Source: the human T2T-CHM13v2.0 reference genome, Homo sapiens
NCBI RefSeq assembly: GCF_009914755.1
Contig: NC_060935.1
DNA length: 64,000 nt
Direction: 5' to 3' (one strand)
The notes beneath the pieces are model-generated. The model did no database searches and was not told the DNA's origin. It saw only the letters and a program-made list of their open reading frames with translations. Numbering within the stretch: the first letter of the stretch is position 1; every line of letters begins with the position of its first letter. Position numbers and translations under genes: made by a program. Positions 1 to 14,086 of the stretch are shown here, piece by piece.

Positions 1-337
1 TCACGGAAATTGGCCAGTGCCTCCAGCCAGGGTTTTGTTTCCCTCGTGAGTTGCTCGTTGCTAAATCAGCGCAGCACGGATTGGCCTTCCTCTTCCTCTG
101 TTCTGTTTTGTTATGGGATGTCTCTAACATACGGAAAACCATAGAGAATGATATGATAAGCACCTTCAGCCCTTCCCAGCTCTAAGACTCCCTGACATTT
201 GGCTGTGTCTGTGCCATGATTTTAAGTGGATTCAACCCGTCCAATCCACCCAAAGCCCCTGGTGCCCTGTGGTGCCATTGCTCTCCCTCCTGGGGCAGAT
301 TCCACATCTGGAGTGTCGTGCCGGGGCACGTTTGTAG

Positions 338-684
<347 letters not shown>

Positions 685-708
685 TACAGCGTGGTTTTAC
701 GTGGGGGT

Positions 709-1194
<486 letters not shown>

Positions 1195-1553
1195 CCTCTT
1201 TTCCTTGCCTGGGTTAGGGACCCACTGAGAATAGGACAGGAGAAAAGGCAGATGTGATTTTTTCAGAATATCAACTTTCTACCCGGCCCCAGCACTGGCT
1301 GTCCACCCACGCTGCCCTGCCACCCACCCATGCTCCCCTGCCGTCCACCTACGCTGCCCTGCCGTCACCACGGCACTCGGAGCTTCTGGAGCTTAGACTA
1401 CTTTATCTTTGTGGCCCTTTTCTGCCTTCTTATCAACTCCCTTTCCCTGCCTCTGCAAACAATGCCGGTGAAATTTAGATAGGAGTTGCATTGTACACAG
1501 ATATTACAGAGGGAAGGAATAACATTGTTACAACATTGACTCCCACACACAAA

Positions 1554-2260
1554 CCTCTCTCTCTCTTGCTCTCTCTCTCTCGCTCTCTCTCTGTCTCTCT
1601 CGCTCTCTCACTCTGTCTCTCTCGCTCTCTCTCTTGCTCTCTCTCTGTCTGTCTCTTGCTCTCTCTCGCTCTGTCTCGCTCTCTCTCTGTCTCTCTCTCA
1701 CTCTCGCTCTCTCTCTTGCTCTCTCTGTCGCTCTCTCTCACTGTCTGTGTCTCTCACTCTCTCTCGCTCTCTCATGCTCTCTGTCACTCTCTCTCGCTCT
1801 CTCTGTCTCTCTTGCTCTCTGTCTCTGTCTCTCTCGCTCTCTCTGTGTCCCTCTCGCTCTCTCATGCTCTCTCTCTGTCGCTCTCTCTCACTCTCTGTCT
1901 CTGTCGCTCTCTCTGTTTCTCTTGCTCTCTCTCTGTCTCTCTCGCTCTCTCTCTGTGTTTCTCACTCTCTCATGCTCTCTCTCTGTTGCTCTCTCTCACT
2001 CTCTCTGTGGCTCTCTCTCTCTCTGTCTCTCTCGCTCTCTCTCTTGCTCTCTCTGTCGCTCTCTCTCGCTCTCTCTGTGTCTCTCACTCTCTCTCGCTCT
2101 CTCATGCTCTCTGTGGCTCTCTCTCTGTCTCTCTCTCTCTCTGTTTCTCTTGCTTTCTCTCTCTCTCTGTCTCTCTCGCTCTCTCTCTGTGTCTCTCCCT
2201 CTCTCTCGCTCTCTCATGCTGTCTCTCTCTTGCTCTCTCTCACTCTGTCTCTCTCTCTCT
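1554..2260. repeat. (CT)n-based polypyrimidine low-complexity repeat, ~700 bp
   Basis: Almost pure C/T on the + strand with recurring interruptions. Confidence 0.97.
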
Positions 2261-2279
2261 GGTCTTCTTTGAAGTCTTT

Positions 2280-3190
<911 letters not shown>

Positions 3191-3691
3191 CACAAGGCTG
3201 GGCCATGGGGTGACTATCTCCTGGGAGACTCGGGCGGGTGAGCTGGTCTCCCAGGCGGGTGCCTGAGCTCCACCCAACCTTCTGCACTCCTCAGTCTTCC
3301 GATTCCTTCTCCACTTCCCCGAGGAACTCAACTGTTGGATTGTAGGGAGCACAGAGGTTGAGAGGCTTTCGGGAGACCTGGGAAGGTGGGCTCTGGACAG
3401 GAGAGGCAGGGGAGTTGCTGCCTGGCCCCTGCTTTGTGCAGCACCAGGCACAGGCTCAGAAGATGCTGCCGCCACACTCAGGGCTCCTGGATGATGCCAC
3501 GGGCAGAGGCTGACCCAGAACCATTCAGGAAAGACATCCCAAGTGGTGTAGTCCAAGCTTCTCCTGCGCTGTGGGAGGAAAGCACATGAGGGTGGGGGTG
3601 TGCAGGGCTGTGACCAGCAAACAGGCCAGCACGGCCTGCTTCTGGTCACTGGCCAGGCCCGCCCTGCTGCAGAGTGAAGACTTCCTGTAAG

Positions 3692-3832
3692 GCCACCCGG
3701 CTGCTCCCTCCCGGCGACGGCTCTGCAGTGAGGCCCACGCCACCCGGCTGCTCCCTCCTGGCGATGGCTCTCCAGTGAGGCCCACGCCACCCGGCTGCTG
3801 CCCCCCAGCGACGGCTCTCCAGTGAGGCCCAC
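3692..3832. repeat. 47-bp tandem repeat x3
   Basis: gccacccggctgct... recurs at 3692, 3739 and 3786. Confidence 0.85.
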
Positions 3833-3969
3833 CTGCCATCCCCCCGCACGGGTAAACAGAGGCCTGTGAGTCGGTGTGGCAACCTCCAGTCCAGGCGAGC
3901 TGCTTTTCTAGGTCAACACTGGTCCTCTCTTGCCATCCTGTAAATCAGATACCAAGTTTAAAAGCTGAC

Positions 3970-4255
3970 CACAGAAAACCAAACATTGTGTGTTCTCACT
4001 GATATGTGGGAGCTAAGCTGTGAGGACGCGAAGGCATAAGAATGATACAGTGGACTTTGGGGACTTGGAGGGGAAGAATGGGAGGGGGCGAGGGATAAAA
4101 GACAACAAATAGGGTGCAGTGTATACTGCTCAGGTAATGAGTGCACGAGGATCTCGCAGATCAGCGCTCAAGAACTCACTCCTGGAACCAAATACCACGT
4201 GTACCCCAATAACTTATGGAAAAATAAAATAAATAAATAAGTAAATAAATAAATG
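3970..4255 (+). mobile_element. L1PB-type 3' end with A-rich tail
   Basis: tgttctcactgatatgtgggagctaagc...gtaccccaataacttatggaaaaataaa. Confidence 0.8.
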
Positions 4256-4458
4256 CTGACCACACCCCATGTAAAACAGCAGGGAAGGGCTCAAGGAGGG
4301 GAAATGGTAGGAGGAGAAAACGTGCGTGGCTGCCCCAGCCCCGCCGCCGCCTCTGCACGGCACGGTGTCCTGTCCGTGGCTCCATAGCCATTGTGTTCTC
4401 AAAGGGACTGAGCCGTTATTCGTCCTTTTCTTTGGGGTTGTTCCAAAATGCCATCCAT

Positions 4459-4774
4459 GGTCGGGCGCAGTGGCTCATGCCTGTAATCCCAGCATTTTGG
4501 GAGGCCGAGGCGGACGGATCACCTGAGGTCAGGAGTTTGAGACCATCCTGGCCAACATGGTGAAACCCCGTCTCTACTAAAAATACAAAAATTAGCCAGG
4601 CGTGGTGGCGGGCGCCTGTAATCCCAGCTACTCAGGAGGCTGAGGCAGGAGAATCACCTGAATCCAGGAGGCAGAGGTTGCAGTGAGCTGAGATCACACC
4701 ACTGCACTCCAGCCTGGACGACAGAGCGAGACTCTGTCTCAAAAAAAAAAAAAATAGCAAAACATAAAAACAAC
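4459..4774 (+). mobile_element. AluS
   Basis: Full dimer; TSD aaaatg(c/t)catccatg. Confidence 0.92.
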
Positions 4775-6141
4775 AAAATGTCATCCATGAACTTTGGCTT
4801 CCAGGTGGTCTTGGGGAGACTCCAGGCTCAGCCTCCTCCCGCTGCTCCCTTGAAGGAGCCGTCCTGACTGTCCTTGGCCGCCTGAGCCCGCTGCCCCAGC
4901 AGGAGGTCTACTGCTCTGGTGGCAAGAGGACTCCTGGGCCTGTGGCTGTCCAGGCGTCCCCTTCAGGGGAAGCGTGTGTGTGACGTGAATACTCCGCACC
5001 ACCTCAGCACCTGCAAAACCCAGACGTGCTGACGCGGGGAGCATGGGCTTAGCCGGTGCGTCACTAGGGCCATGGTGCAGGGAACCACCCTGGGCCTACG
5101 TGTCCCGGCTCTGGGAGAACATCACACATGGACCTGGCCCACCTTGTGGGACCACACCCTCCAGAGGCCTCGTCCTGTAGACAGCTGTCACACATTGTCA
5201 CACAAGTGAGCCTTCAACAGCCCATGATGGGGGCGACGTGGCCCAGGTACAGCAAGGGAACCCATGGGCCTGAGCCCTTTCTCTCCCTTTCCTCTGTGGA
5301 ATGGGGCCCTGGGTCGCAGCTAATGCTTTGTGGAGGACCATGACAGCTGCTCAGACTCTGCATGTGGTGTCGGCAGAAGTGCCATGACCAGGGACAGAAA
5401 CTCATGTCCAGAGGAAGCGTCTATTCCAACCGGGACACATCGTTGCACCCTCCCTGATGGAGGGGTCCAGTGAAACCAACCTCCCCCCGTGACCGGCTCA
5501 TCCCGTGGGGAACAGTGCAGTTTCAGGCCCACAGCTCTGGCTCTCTGCTGCTGGTTGTTGGGCTTTTGGCCGTGGTGGGGGGCCCATGTCTGAGGCTGGG
5601 CGCAGCTTCCATGCTCACTGCTGTGGGCACTGCCCAGGAGCCATCAAGCACGCCTGGGGTGGCTGGTGACATCCCCAAAACAAGCCGTGTGTTCAGCTGG
5701 CTGTGATGAGCCTCCTCCGTGGACACGCAAATATCCCCACGCCCTGTGCCCCTCTGGAAAGGTTCGTCCACAAGTCTCTCCCCAGCCTCCTTGTCATCAA
5801 CCTTTCAAACGGACGGCTTCCAAGTCCTGGACCATCCGGCAAACCGTTAGCCACATCCCCTGAAGAGGTCTGGTCCTGTCCTCTTGTCCAGGCACAGGAC
5901 ACAGCCAGTGAGGCCGCCCCAAGCGCTGCTCGCTAGGACGACGCCCCTGTCCTGCCTCCCTACAGGGCCATCCCCAGATGAGGCTGCAGCATTGCCCCGT
6001 GTGCTCTCAGCTGGTGCCAGTGTTGTCTGGAACTGTCTGGACCTACCTGGAAACTGAGTGTGAGTGTTTGATTCCTCACTCCCCTGGTGGCTGGGAATTG
6101 CCCTGGAAGGCACTGGTGCTTGTGGAGGGAGAAATGGCAAT

Positions 6142-6250
6142 GTCTGGGTGTGGGTGCTGTGGGCCTGGGTGCTGTGGACGTGGGTGCTGTGCACGTGGGT
6201 GCTGTGGGCCTGGGTGCCGTGGGCCTGGGTGCCGTGGACGTGGGTGCATG
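6142..6250. repeat. 15-bp minisatellite (tgggtgctgtgggcc-like), ~7 copies
   Basis: Periodic units seen directly. Confidence 0.8.
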
Positions 6251-6839
6251 GCACAGATGGGCGGCCACCTGAACGAGTGGGAGGAGTGCAGTCCCAGGCC
6301 CTCCCAGAGACTGTGCCATAGTCTCCACCCCAAGTGACGGTGGAGGGATGCTGGGAACGGTAAGCTTTAATGCTTGGTGAATCTTGCATTGCCTCATTCA
6401 TGACCGGTAGGTCACGTGGTCATCTGACACTTCCATCTCTTCCGAGGCCCAGTGGAAAGCCAGGAGCTGGGTCTCCAAAGGAAAATGGTTACTTTCAGAA
6501 GAGGGCATGATTTTTCTCCAAAACGCTGGGTGGCTGAGCTGGGATTCTTCTGAAGGGTTTGTCGGAAGCTCCACACGGCATCCCTGTCTGACACGGACCT
6601 GTTGTCACCGTCTGATTTGCTGAGACATGCGTGCAGAGGTGCCTGATGGCAGCCTGGACCTGCTACAGAGCCTTCTGCTGCTGTAGGCCCCTTCAAAACT
6701 GACAGCCTCGGAGGCTTCCATATGGTCGAAGCAGCCTGCTTCAATATGGTGCATGAGCTCTCTGGGGTCTAAAAAGGCCTACCAAGCAGCATTGTGCCAC
6801 CTTCTTAGTGCAAAGAACAGGAAGTTGGGTCAAGTATCT

Positions 6840-7070
<231 letters not shown>

Positions 7071-7578
7071 TGACAGAATCCTTCATTTTGTGAGGTGCGT
7101 CTCCTACTATGGAGGCACGAAAGGGCCTTACTAAGACAGTTAGAGTATTTACTACTTCCTGCCACCAGGTCTGATCTCCATTACACCATCGGCATAGTGA
7201 ACTGGCACTTTGTCCCATGGGATGGCCAGGACTGAGATGGTCAAGGGCCCTGAGGTCTATATTTTGACAAAGGGATGGACGATGGGCACAGTTCTGAGAA
7301 GCACGAGCCAGGGTGTATTGCTGTCCCTGCCAGGTGAAAGTAGCCTTCCCCTGTGGCTCAGCTGTTGTGTGTGGAAGGAAACGTTGGTCAGATGAGTTTC
7401 CTCATGGAAGCCATGGCTGGGTGTTCCATCACACGAGGTACATCTGGAGGGGCAGATGCAATTGGAGTCCCCACCCGATTGTGTTTGCAGCCATCCACAG
7501 TCACTCTCCAAAATCCACCTCTGTCCTTCACAGGCCAAAGAGGTGAAGCAAAACGATGTGATAGGAAGCTGAGATATC

Positions 7579-7890
7579 GGCTGGGCACAGTGGCTCACAC
7601 CTGTAATCCCAGCACTTTGGGAGGCTGAGGCGGGTGGATCACCTGAGGTTGGGAGTTTGAGACCAGCCTGGTCAACATGGTGAAACCCTGTCTCTACTAA
7701 AAATACAAAATTAGCTGGGCATGGTGGCGCACGCCTGCAGTCACAGCTACTCGGGAGGCTGAGACAGGAGAATTGTTTGAACCTGGGGGACAGAGGCTGC
7801 GATGAGCCAAGATCACACCACTGCACTCCAGCCTGGGCGACAGAGCAAGACTCTGTCTCAAACAAACAAACAAACAAACAAACAAAAAAA
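7579..7890 (+). mobile_element. AluSx-type
   Basis: Full dimer with an (AAAC)n tail. Confidence 0.92.
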
Positions 7891-8245
7891 GAGGAATCCA
7901 GGATACCGTTGCCAGTATGCACTGTAAATCTTTCTCCTAGATTTCTCTGAAGAAGTCTGCAGCCCTTTGGCAGCGTGGCTGCAGATGGAAGGAAGGAAAC
8001 AGTTCGCCCTGGAGAATGGCTAGGCAGCACCTCTGAGCCGAGCATCCCACCCGCTCTGACTGGCCCACAATCGTGGGGCCAGTGGTATCTCAGAGCCCTT
8101 CTGTAAGGAGGTCTGGTCCCCCGGCATTCAGGGGTTCTGAGCTGCTCAGTTCTGGGATATGGGGAAAAGCCAGGATTCTCCACCATGCTGGCTGACGCCA
8201 TTTCTCTGTTCACCAGACCTACAGGGTTTTGTCACTTACGGTGAT

Positions 8246-8596
8246 TGCCATGGTCTGAATGCTTGTGTCCTCCTCGAAAGGTAGGTATTGAAACCTAATC
8301 ACCAAGGTGATGGTGTTGGGAGGTGGGACCTTCAAGAGGTGGCAAGGTCATGGGGGCAGAGCCCTCATAAATGGATTGGTGCCCTTATGAAAGGGGCCCA
8401 TGGGAGCCTTGTTTGCCCCATGTACGGGTGCAGCCGGAAGTTGCTGTCTGAGAGGAAACTGGCCTCCACCAAACACAGCTGGCACCTTGGTCTTGCACTT
8501 CCAGCCTCCAGAACTGTGAGACATGTTTCTGTCATTTATAAGCCACCCAGATCTTTAATGATATTTTTGTTATGGTAGCCCAAACAGACTAAGACA
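8246..8596 (+). mobile_element. MaLR solo LTR (MLT1A-like)
   Basis: tgccatggtctgaatg...ttgttatggtagcccaaacagactaagaca with TG..CA ends. Confidence 0.8.
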
Positions 8597-10371
8597 GAGA
8601 CCAGAGAACACTTTGGCAGGCTACTTACGTGTTTTAGTCCTGGGGACACTTCAATCAGTTAGACATTCCCCAAAGTCCTACAGGGTGAAGGACACAGTTG
8701 CTGCCCTGGCCCTGTCACCCATTGAGACCAGGACACCCCATTGTGCTGGAGCTGCTACCTGGTTGCCAACACTCAGGCAGCCTGTTCAATGAGAGCAACT
8801 TGCACCACTATCTTGGTCCACAGAGCCTTCCAAGATGCGGTGCCCTCCATCAGCATATTGCCACGCCTTTCTCTCCCAGGATGCATTGCTGGGATGGATG
8901 AACAGGGCCATGCGATAAATCCTCTAACGTTGCCACGTCTGTGCTTTTGCCTTCTTTCCTCTCCGTTGTATGGAGGAAGTTCTGACAGCTCACTTCATTT
9001 CACGTGGTGTGCAAGCTTCTGTCAAACAACGGAACAAACTATGAGAACCACTTCCAGCCACTGCTTCTGCACACTTCTCTGCTAAGTGAGTCTCTGCTGT
9101 GTGAGTCTCATTGGTAAAACTACCCTGATCTAACATTCTGTTACCTCCTTTGTGGTCCAACACTCCAAGAGTCCATGGCCTCAGACGCCCCTGGGTTTCT
9201 GCTGATGTAAATTGGCAAAAACTTGCATTCAGTGTGTATGTGGCTCCTCTTGGGTCTCACTGTGTGTTTATCCCTCTGCACCCAACTCTAGTCATGGCTC
9301 TGGGAATAATGAGGGTCGGTGGAGGTGGATCTCAAGGGAGATCTGTCATCTTGCAAGGCTGTTTCCTCAAGTGAAGCCATCACAGATCTTTGGGCACAGT
9401 TTTACTCACCTCAGACTCTAAGGAAGGGTCACTTCTGCTTACAGGGAGACTCAGGAAGGTCTAATGTTCAGGGGACTCAGAGTCAGAGAAATCCACCCTC
9501 TCCAGTTCTCGAGGTCTCATTCTTTCCAAATAAATGCCTTAACTTTGACTTAAGAGATTTAGTAAGACATTTAATTATTCTTTAGTTGTAATTCATTAGC
9601 CTGCAAGATCAAATTTGTACTCTGCATTTAAAAAAAAAAGTTGACTCTACAGCTACAAGAACTAAAATGGTTTTTTTAGGACAGCTATAGAAGGGCTCTG
9701 GTTCTCTGTCTATACCTTCAGCTGAGCACTTAAGGCCACAGCTTGTCATTTTCTTTGTCAGTTCCCCAGTGCAATAAGCAGCAGCCACCCCATGCCACAT
9801 CCTTGTATGCATGGTTTCCATCCACATCCTAATGTCCTATTGCAAGAGCCCCCTGGTGTCTGAAACCCAGGCTTGTGATGGGCACTGCATCGCAGAGACC
9901 TCAAGGTAATGATTTTACCAGTGACAATGTTTATAGATTATCTGCATCCTGCTTCCCACTCCTCACGTGGTCCTCACTGACATCAGACAAAACCTGGTCT
10001 GTCCAATTACTAACTCCAGATTCCCATCTTCAAGGTTCTGCCTTCCTGGAAACACTGCTGGTACCAGGAATGGTTGGTCGGGAACACTAAAGTCACTCTA
10101 GCTATTTTGGGTAGAAGGAGATTCATTGCAGGGAACTCTAGGCTTACAGAAATGTTGAGAACTTTGGGGACTGAAGGTTATTTCAGGAGATCTGGAAGTG
10201 CAGGGATAGAAGGGTAGCATCCATTGCCCCCTGATAACTGTACCACTGACGTGGCTAGAAACCACCCCAGTGATCCCAGCTGCTTGTAGCACCTCAGGGT
10301 GATTCTCAAACTGACTCCAGAAGCCAAGGTACACTGCTGCCAATGACTGCAGGGGCCTCTGCAAAACGGAC

Positions 10372-11540
10372 GTTGATGAATGAAACAAAGTGTGATCTAC
10401 CCATAGCAGGGAATGTTATTCAGCCTTAAAAAGGAAGGAAATCCTGCAGCTCACGCCTGTCATCCCAGCTCTTTGGGAGGCTGAGGCAGGAGAATGGCTT
10501 GAGGCCAGGAGTTTGAGACCAGCCTGGGCAACATAATGAGACCCCCGTCTCTACAAAAAACAATTTAAAAAATTTGCTGTAGTCCCCGCTACCCAGGAGA
10601 CTGAAGCAGGAGGATAGCTTGAGCCCAGGAAGTTGAGGCTGCAGTGAGCTATGATCTCTCCTGTCTCTAAAAAAGAAAAAAAATAAAAGGAAAGAAATTA
10701 ATTCTCACACAGGCTACAAAATGGATGAACCTTGAGGACATTATGCTGAATCAAAGAAGCCATTCAGCAAAGGACAAATCCTATAAGCTTCCCCGTATAT
10801 GAGGAACCCAGAGCAGTGAAATCCCCAGTGACAGGAAGTGGATGGTGGGCACCAGGGGCTGGCAGAGGGGATGGGAGTCAGTCTTCCATGGGGACAGGGA
10901 CAGCTTCAGTTTGGGAAGCTGAAGAAGTTCTGGAGATGATGATGGTGGTGACAAGTGCACACCAACGTGAATGTATCAGGGACAGCTTCAGTTTGGGAAC
11001 TTGAAGAAGTTCTGGAGATGACGATGGTGGTGACAGGTGCACACCAACGTGAATGTATCAGGGACAGCTTCGGTTTGGGAAGCTGAAGAAGTTCTGGAGA
11101 TGATGATGGTGGTGACAGGTGCACACCAATGTGAATGTATCAGGGACAGCTTCGGTTTGGGAAGCTGAAGAAGTTCTGGAGATGATGATGGTGGTGACAG
11201 GTGCACACCAACGTGACTGTATCAGGGACAGCTTCAGTTTGGGAAGTTGAAGAAGTTCTGGAGATAATGATGGTGGTGACAGGTGCACACCAACATGAAT
11301 GTATCAGGGACAGCTTTGGTTTGGGAAGCTGAAGAAGTTCTGGAGATGATGATGGTGGTGACAGGTGCACACCAACGTGAATGTATCAGGGACAGCTTCG
11401 GTTTGGGAAGCTGAAGAAGTTCTGAAGATGATGATGGTGGTGACAGGTGCACAGCAATGTGAATGTATCTAATGGCACTAAACTGTGCACTTTAAAACTG
11501 CATGCATTTACAATGGTAAATTTTATGTTATGCGCATTCC
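10372..11540 (+). mobile_element. L1MB-type 3' UTR fragment (contains AluJ 10449-10690 and the 82-bp VNTR)
   Basis: tattcagccttaaaaaggaaggaaat, atggatgaaccttgaggacattatgct, atggtaaattttatgttatg. Confidence 0.75.
10896..11469. repeat. 82-bp minisatellite x7
   Basis: Units start at 10896, 10978, 11060, 11142, 11224, 11306 and 11388. Confidence 0.95.
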
Positions 11541-11636
11541 ACTGTAGTGAAAAAGAGTTAACTTCACCTGAAATGAATTCGTGTGGTAACCATTGGTTCT
11601 GTGTTAATAGCATGGACTTCCATTGTATCTGCATAA

Positions 11637-12149
11637 TGCCGAGACCAGCTCAGTCTGGGAGACCCTAACCCAGTGGCGCTAGAGGAATTAAAGACACACA
11701 CACAGAAATATAGAGGTGTGAAGTGGGAAATCAGGGGTCTCACAGCCTTCAGAGCTGAGAGCCCCGAACAGAGATTTACCCACGTATTTATTAACAGCAA
11801 ACCAGTCATTAGCATTGTTTCTATAGATACTAAATTAACTAAAAGTATCCCTTATGGGAAACGAAGGGATGGGCCAAATTAAAAGAATAGGTTGGGCTAG
11901 TTAACTGCAGCAGGAACACGCCCTTAAGGCACAGATCACTCATGCTATTGTTTGTGGCTTAAGAATGCCTTTAAGCGGTTTTCCGCCCTGGGTGGGCCAG
12001 GTGTTCCTTGCCCCCATTCCCATAAACCCACAACCTTCCAGCCTGGGCGTTAGGGCCATTATGAACATGTCATAGTGCTGCAGAGATTTTGTTTATGGCC
12101 AGTTTTGGGGCCAGTTTATGGCCAGATTTTGGGAGGCTTGCTCCCAACA
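11637..12149 (-). mobile_element. MER9 solo LTR (HERV-K HML-3)
   Basis: Reverse complement begins tgttgggagcaagcc...ccaaaatctggccataaactggcccc; 513 bp; 6-bp TSD gcataa/acataa. Confidence 0.85.
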
Positions 12150-12540
12150 ACATAAAGCTGCAAAATAGATTTAATCCACATTTTAAAGGCGTTACCACCT
12201 GTGAAAGAAGCCAGACACAAAAGACAACACATAGTTTGATTTCACTTTTGTGTAATCCAAGAGTCGGCAAAATGGGCCCGGGGTAATAGAAGTTGGGGTT
12301 GCGTTTGCCCACGGAGGGGAGGCTGGAGCGGGTGAGGGGGCATTGGGGCTAGTGGTGACGACATTCCTGGTTCCCTCAAGGGACATGTTGGGCACATGGG
12401 AGTGTGGCTCCGCCACAACCCACGCAATCGTATGCACTGAAAACCTTTGCATCTCACTGTCTGTGATGTTTTCCCTCTTGATTTTAAGACAAACCTGTGA
12501 GCTAAATGAAGTTGATAAAGCCACATTTGTCACTGGAAAT

Positions 12541-12838
12541 CTTTTTTTTTCTTTTTGAGGCAGAGTCTCACTCTGTCGCCCAAGCTGGAGTGCAGTGGCG
12601 CCATCTCGGCTCACTACAAGCTCCGCCTCCTGGGTTCATGCCATTCTCCTGCCTCAGCCTCCTGAGTAGCTGGGACTACAGGCACCTGCCACCATGCCTG
12701 GCTAATTTTTTTGTATTTTCAGTAGAGATGGGGTTTCACTGTGTTAGCCAGGATGGTCTCAATCTCCTGAACTCGGCATCTACCCGCCTCGGCCTCCTAA
12801 AGTGCTGGGATTACAGGCGTGAGCTACCGTGCCTGGCC
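12541..12838 (-). mobile_element. AluY/AluSc
   Basis: Full dimer; TSD tgtca(c/t)tggaaatctt. Confidence 0.92.
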
Positions 12839-13194
12839 TTGTCATTGGAAATCTTAACTCACTTCCTCTGGTAGACAACAAACAAGAAGGAAAAAGATCA
12901 ATAACTTGACAGGCGTTCTGGAGCCCATGATAGACAGACTTGCTCCCGGAAACACCACCTGTGGAACCCTGCCCCCTCTTTCTGGGTGTAAATGGAACAT
13001 GGGAGCACACGTCGTGTCATGGCCACAGCACAGATGTCCACATGGTTGAAAGGTTGGCATTGGACAGTGTTCTCTGGGCATGGTGGACCTCTGCCAGGAC
13101 CCAGGGGTGGGGGTACCAGGAGGCCCCCCCACACTGGGAGATGGAGACCCCGCTCCCAGCCAGGCTGTGTGTGATGGTCGTGTCCCAGCCCTTC

Positions 13195-13582
13195 TGATGC
13201 AGGGCAGGTGAGCCCCAGCGTGGAGCTTGGCCCTTGGGGATTCTTGGCTTTGCCCAGGAAAGAATCCAAGGGCGAGCAGGCAGAGAGCAGCTGCTCAGGG
13301 CCGTTTGCATCACGTTTATACCCACTTGTAATTGCATGCACTTTAAAGAGTGGCTCATGCAGAAATTTCTAGGGAAGTGGTAGTAACTTCTGGGCCATCA
13401 GGTCGTTGCTGTGGAAAGGGCGGCAAGGCCTGGGTGTTGCCACGTCAACGGTAAATTGACCTGGCAGGGCGGAGGGCAGGTCTGATTGGAAAGCTGTTTT
13501 CGCCCTGCCCTGTTTTACCTAGTCCTCAATCTGGTCCGGTGTCAGAGCCTGGCCTCTGTCACCAAGTCCTGCCCCTACCTCA
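13195..13582 (-). mobile_element. ERV1-class solo LTR (MER66/MER4-group-like)
   Basis: TG..CA termini; reverse complement tgaggtaggggcaggacttg...attgaggactag...gccaagaatcccc...ctgccctgcatca. Confidence 0.7.
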
Positions 13583-13967
13583 GCTCCACGTGGCACTCAG
13601 GGCTGTACTGGGTCCCTGCTCGCCCACCCGCAACACCCATTTCACCCTGCCCCAAACGCCCCTGTGTTCTGTTGACCCAAAGCCACCTGGAGCCTCCTCC
13701 ACCCTGTTGGAAAGTGGCCTTGGGCCCTGGCGGGACTGGACGTGACCTCTTACTGCAGGGTCACCCTGCCCTGCGTCTGCCTCCCCAGCCAGGCTGGCCT
13801 CTGTGGCTGCCCTCTGGGTAAGCAGTGCCCGCCTCTCCATCTCTCCTCCTGCAGCCATGGCCTAGATGCTGAGTGACCCTGAGCCTCATGCCTCTCACCT
13901 GTGACCTTGGGGACACTAAGCCCCTTGTGCAAGGCTGATTTGGTGAGTGGAATAATTTGGGTGAACG

Positions 13968-14086
13968 GGTTTTAGGAAACTCAGAGCTTGGTTCAGACAC
14001 AAATCATCATAATTAACTTTGTGAATGGTTTTAGGAAACTCAGAGTTTGGTTCAGATACAAATCATCATTATTAACTTTGCGAATG
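13968..14086. repeat. ~60-bp tandem duplication
   Basis: ggttttaggaaactcagag...aaatcatcat(a/t)attaacttt occurs twice. Confidence 0.8.

Noticed and set aside
5978-6337. Cys/Gly-rich ORF (GCCGPGCCGRG) resembling keratin-associated proteins
   Set aside because: The pattern is confined to a 15-bp minisatellite; the flanks are not KRTAP-like.
7257-8213. 318-aa minus-strand ORF and many similar 60-140 aa ORFs
   Set aside because: Largely Alu-derived translations ([14 protein letters not shown]...).
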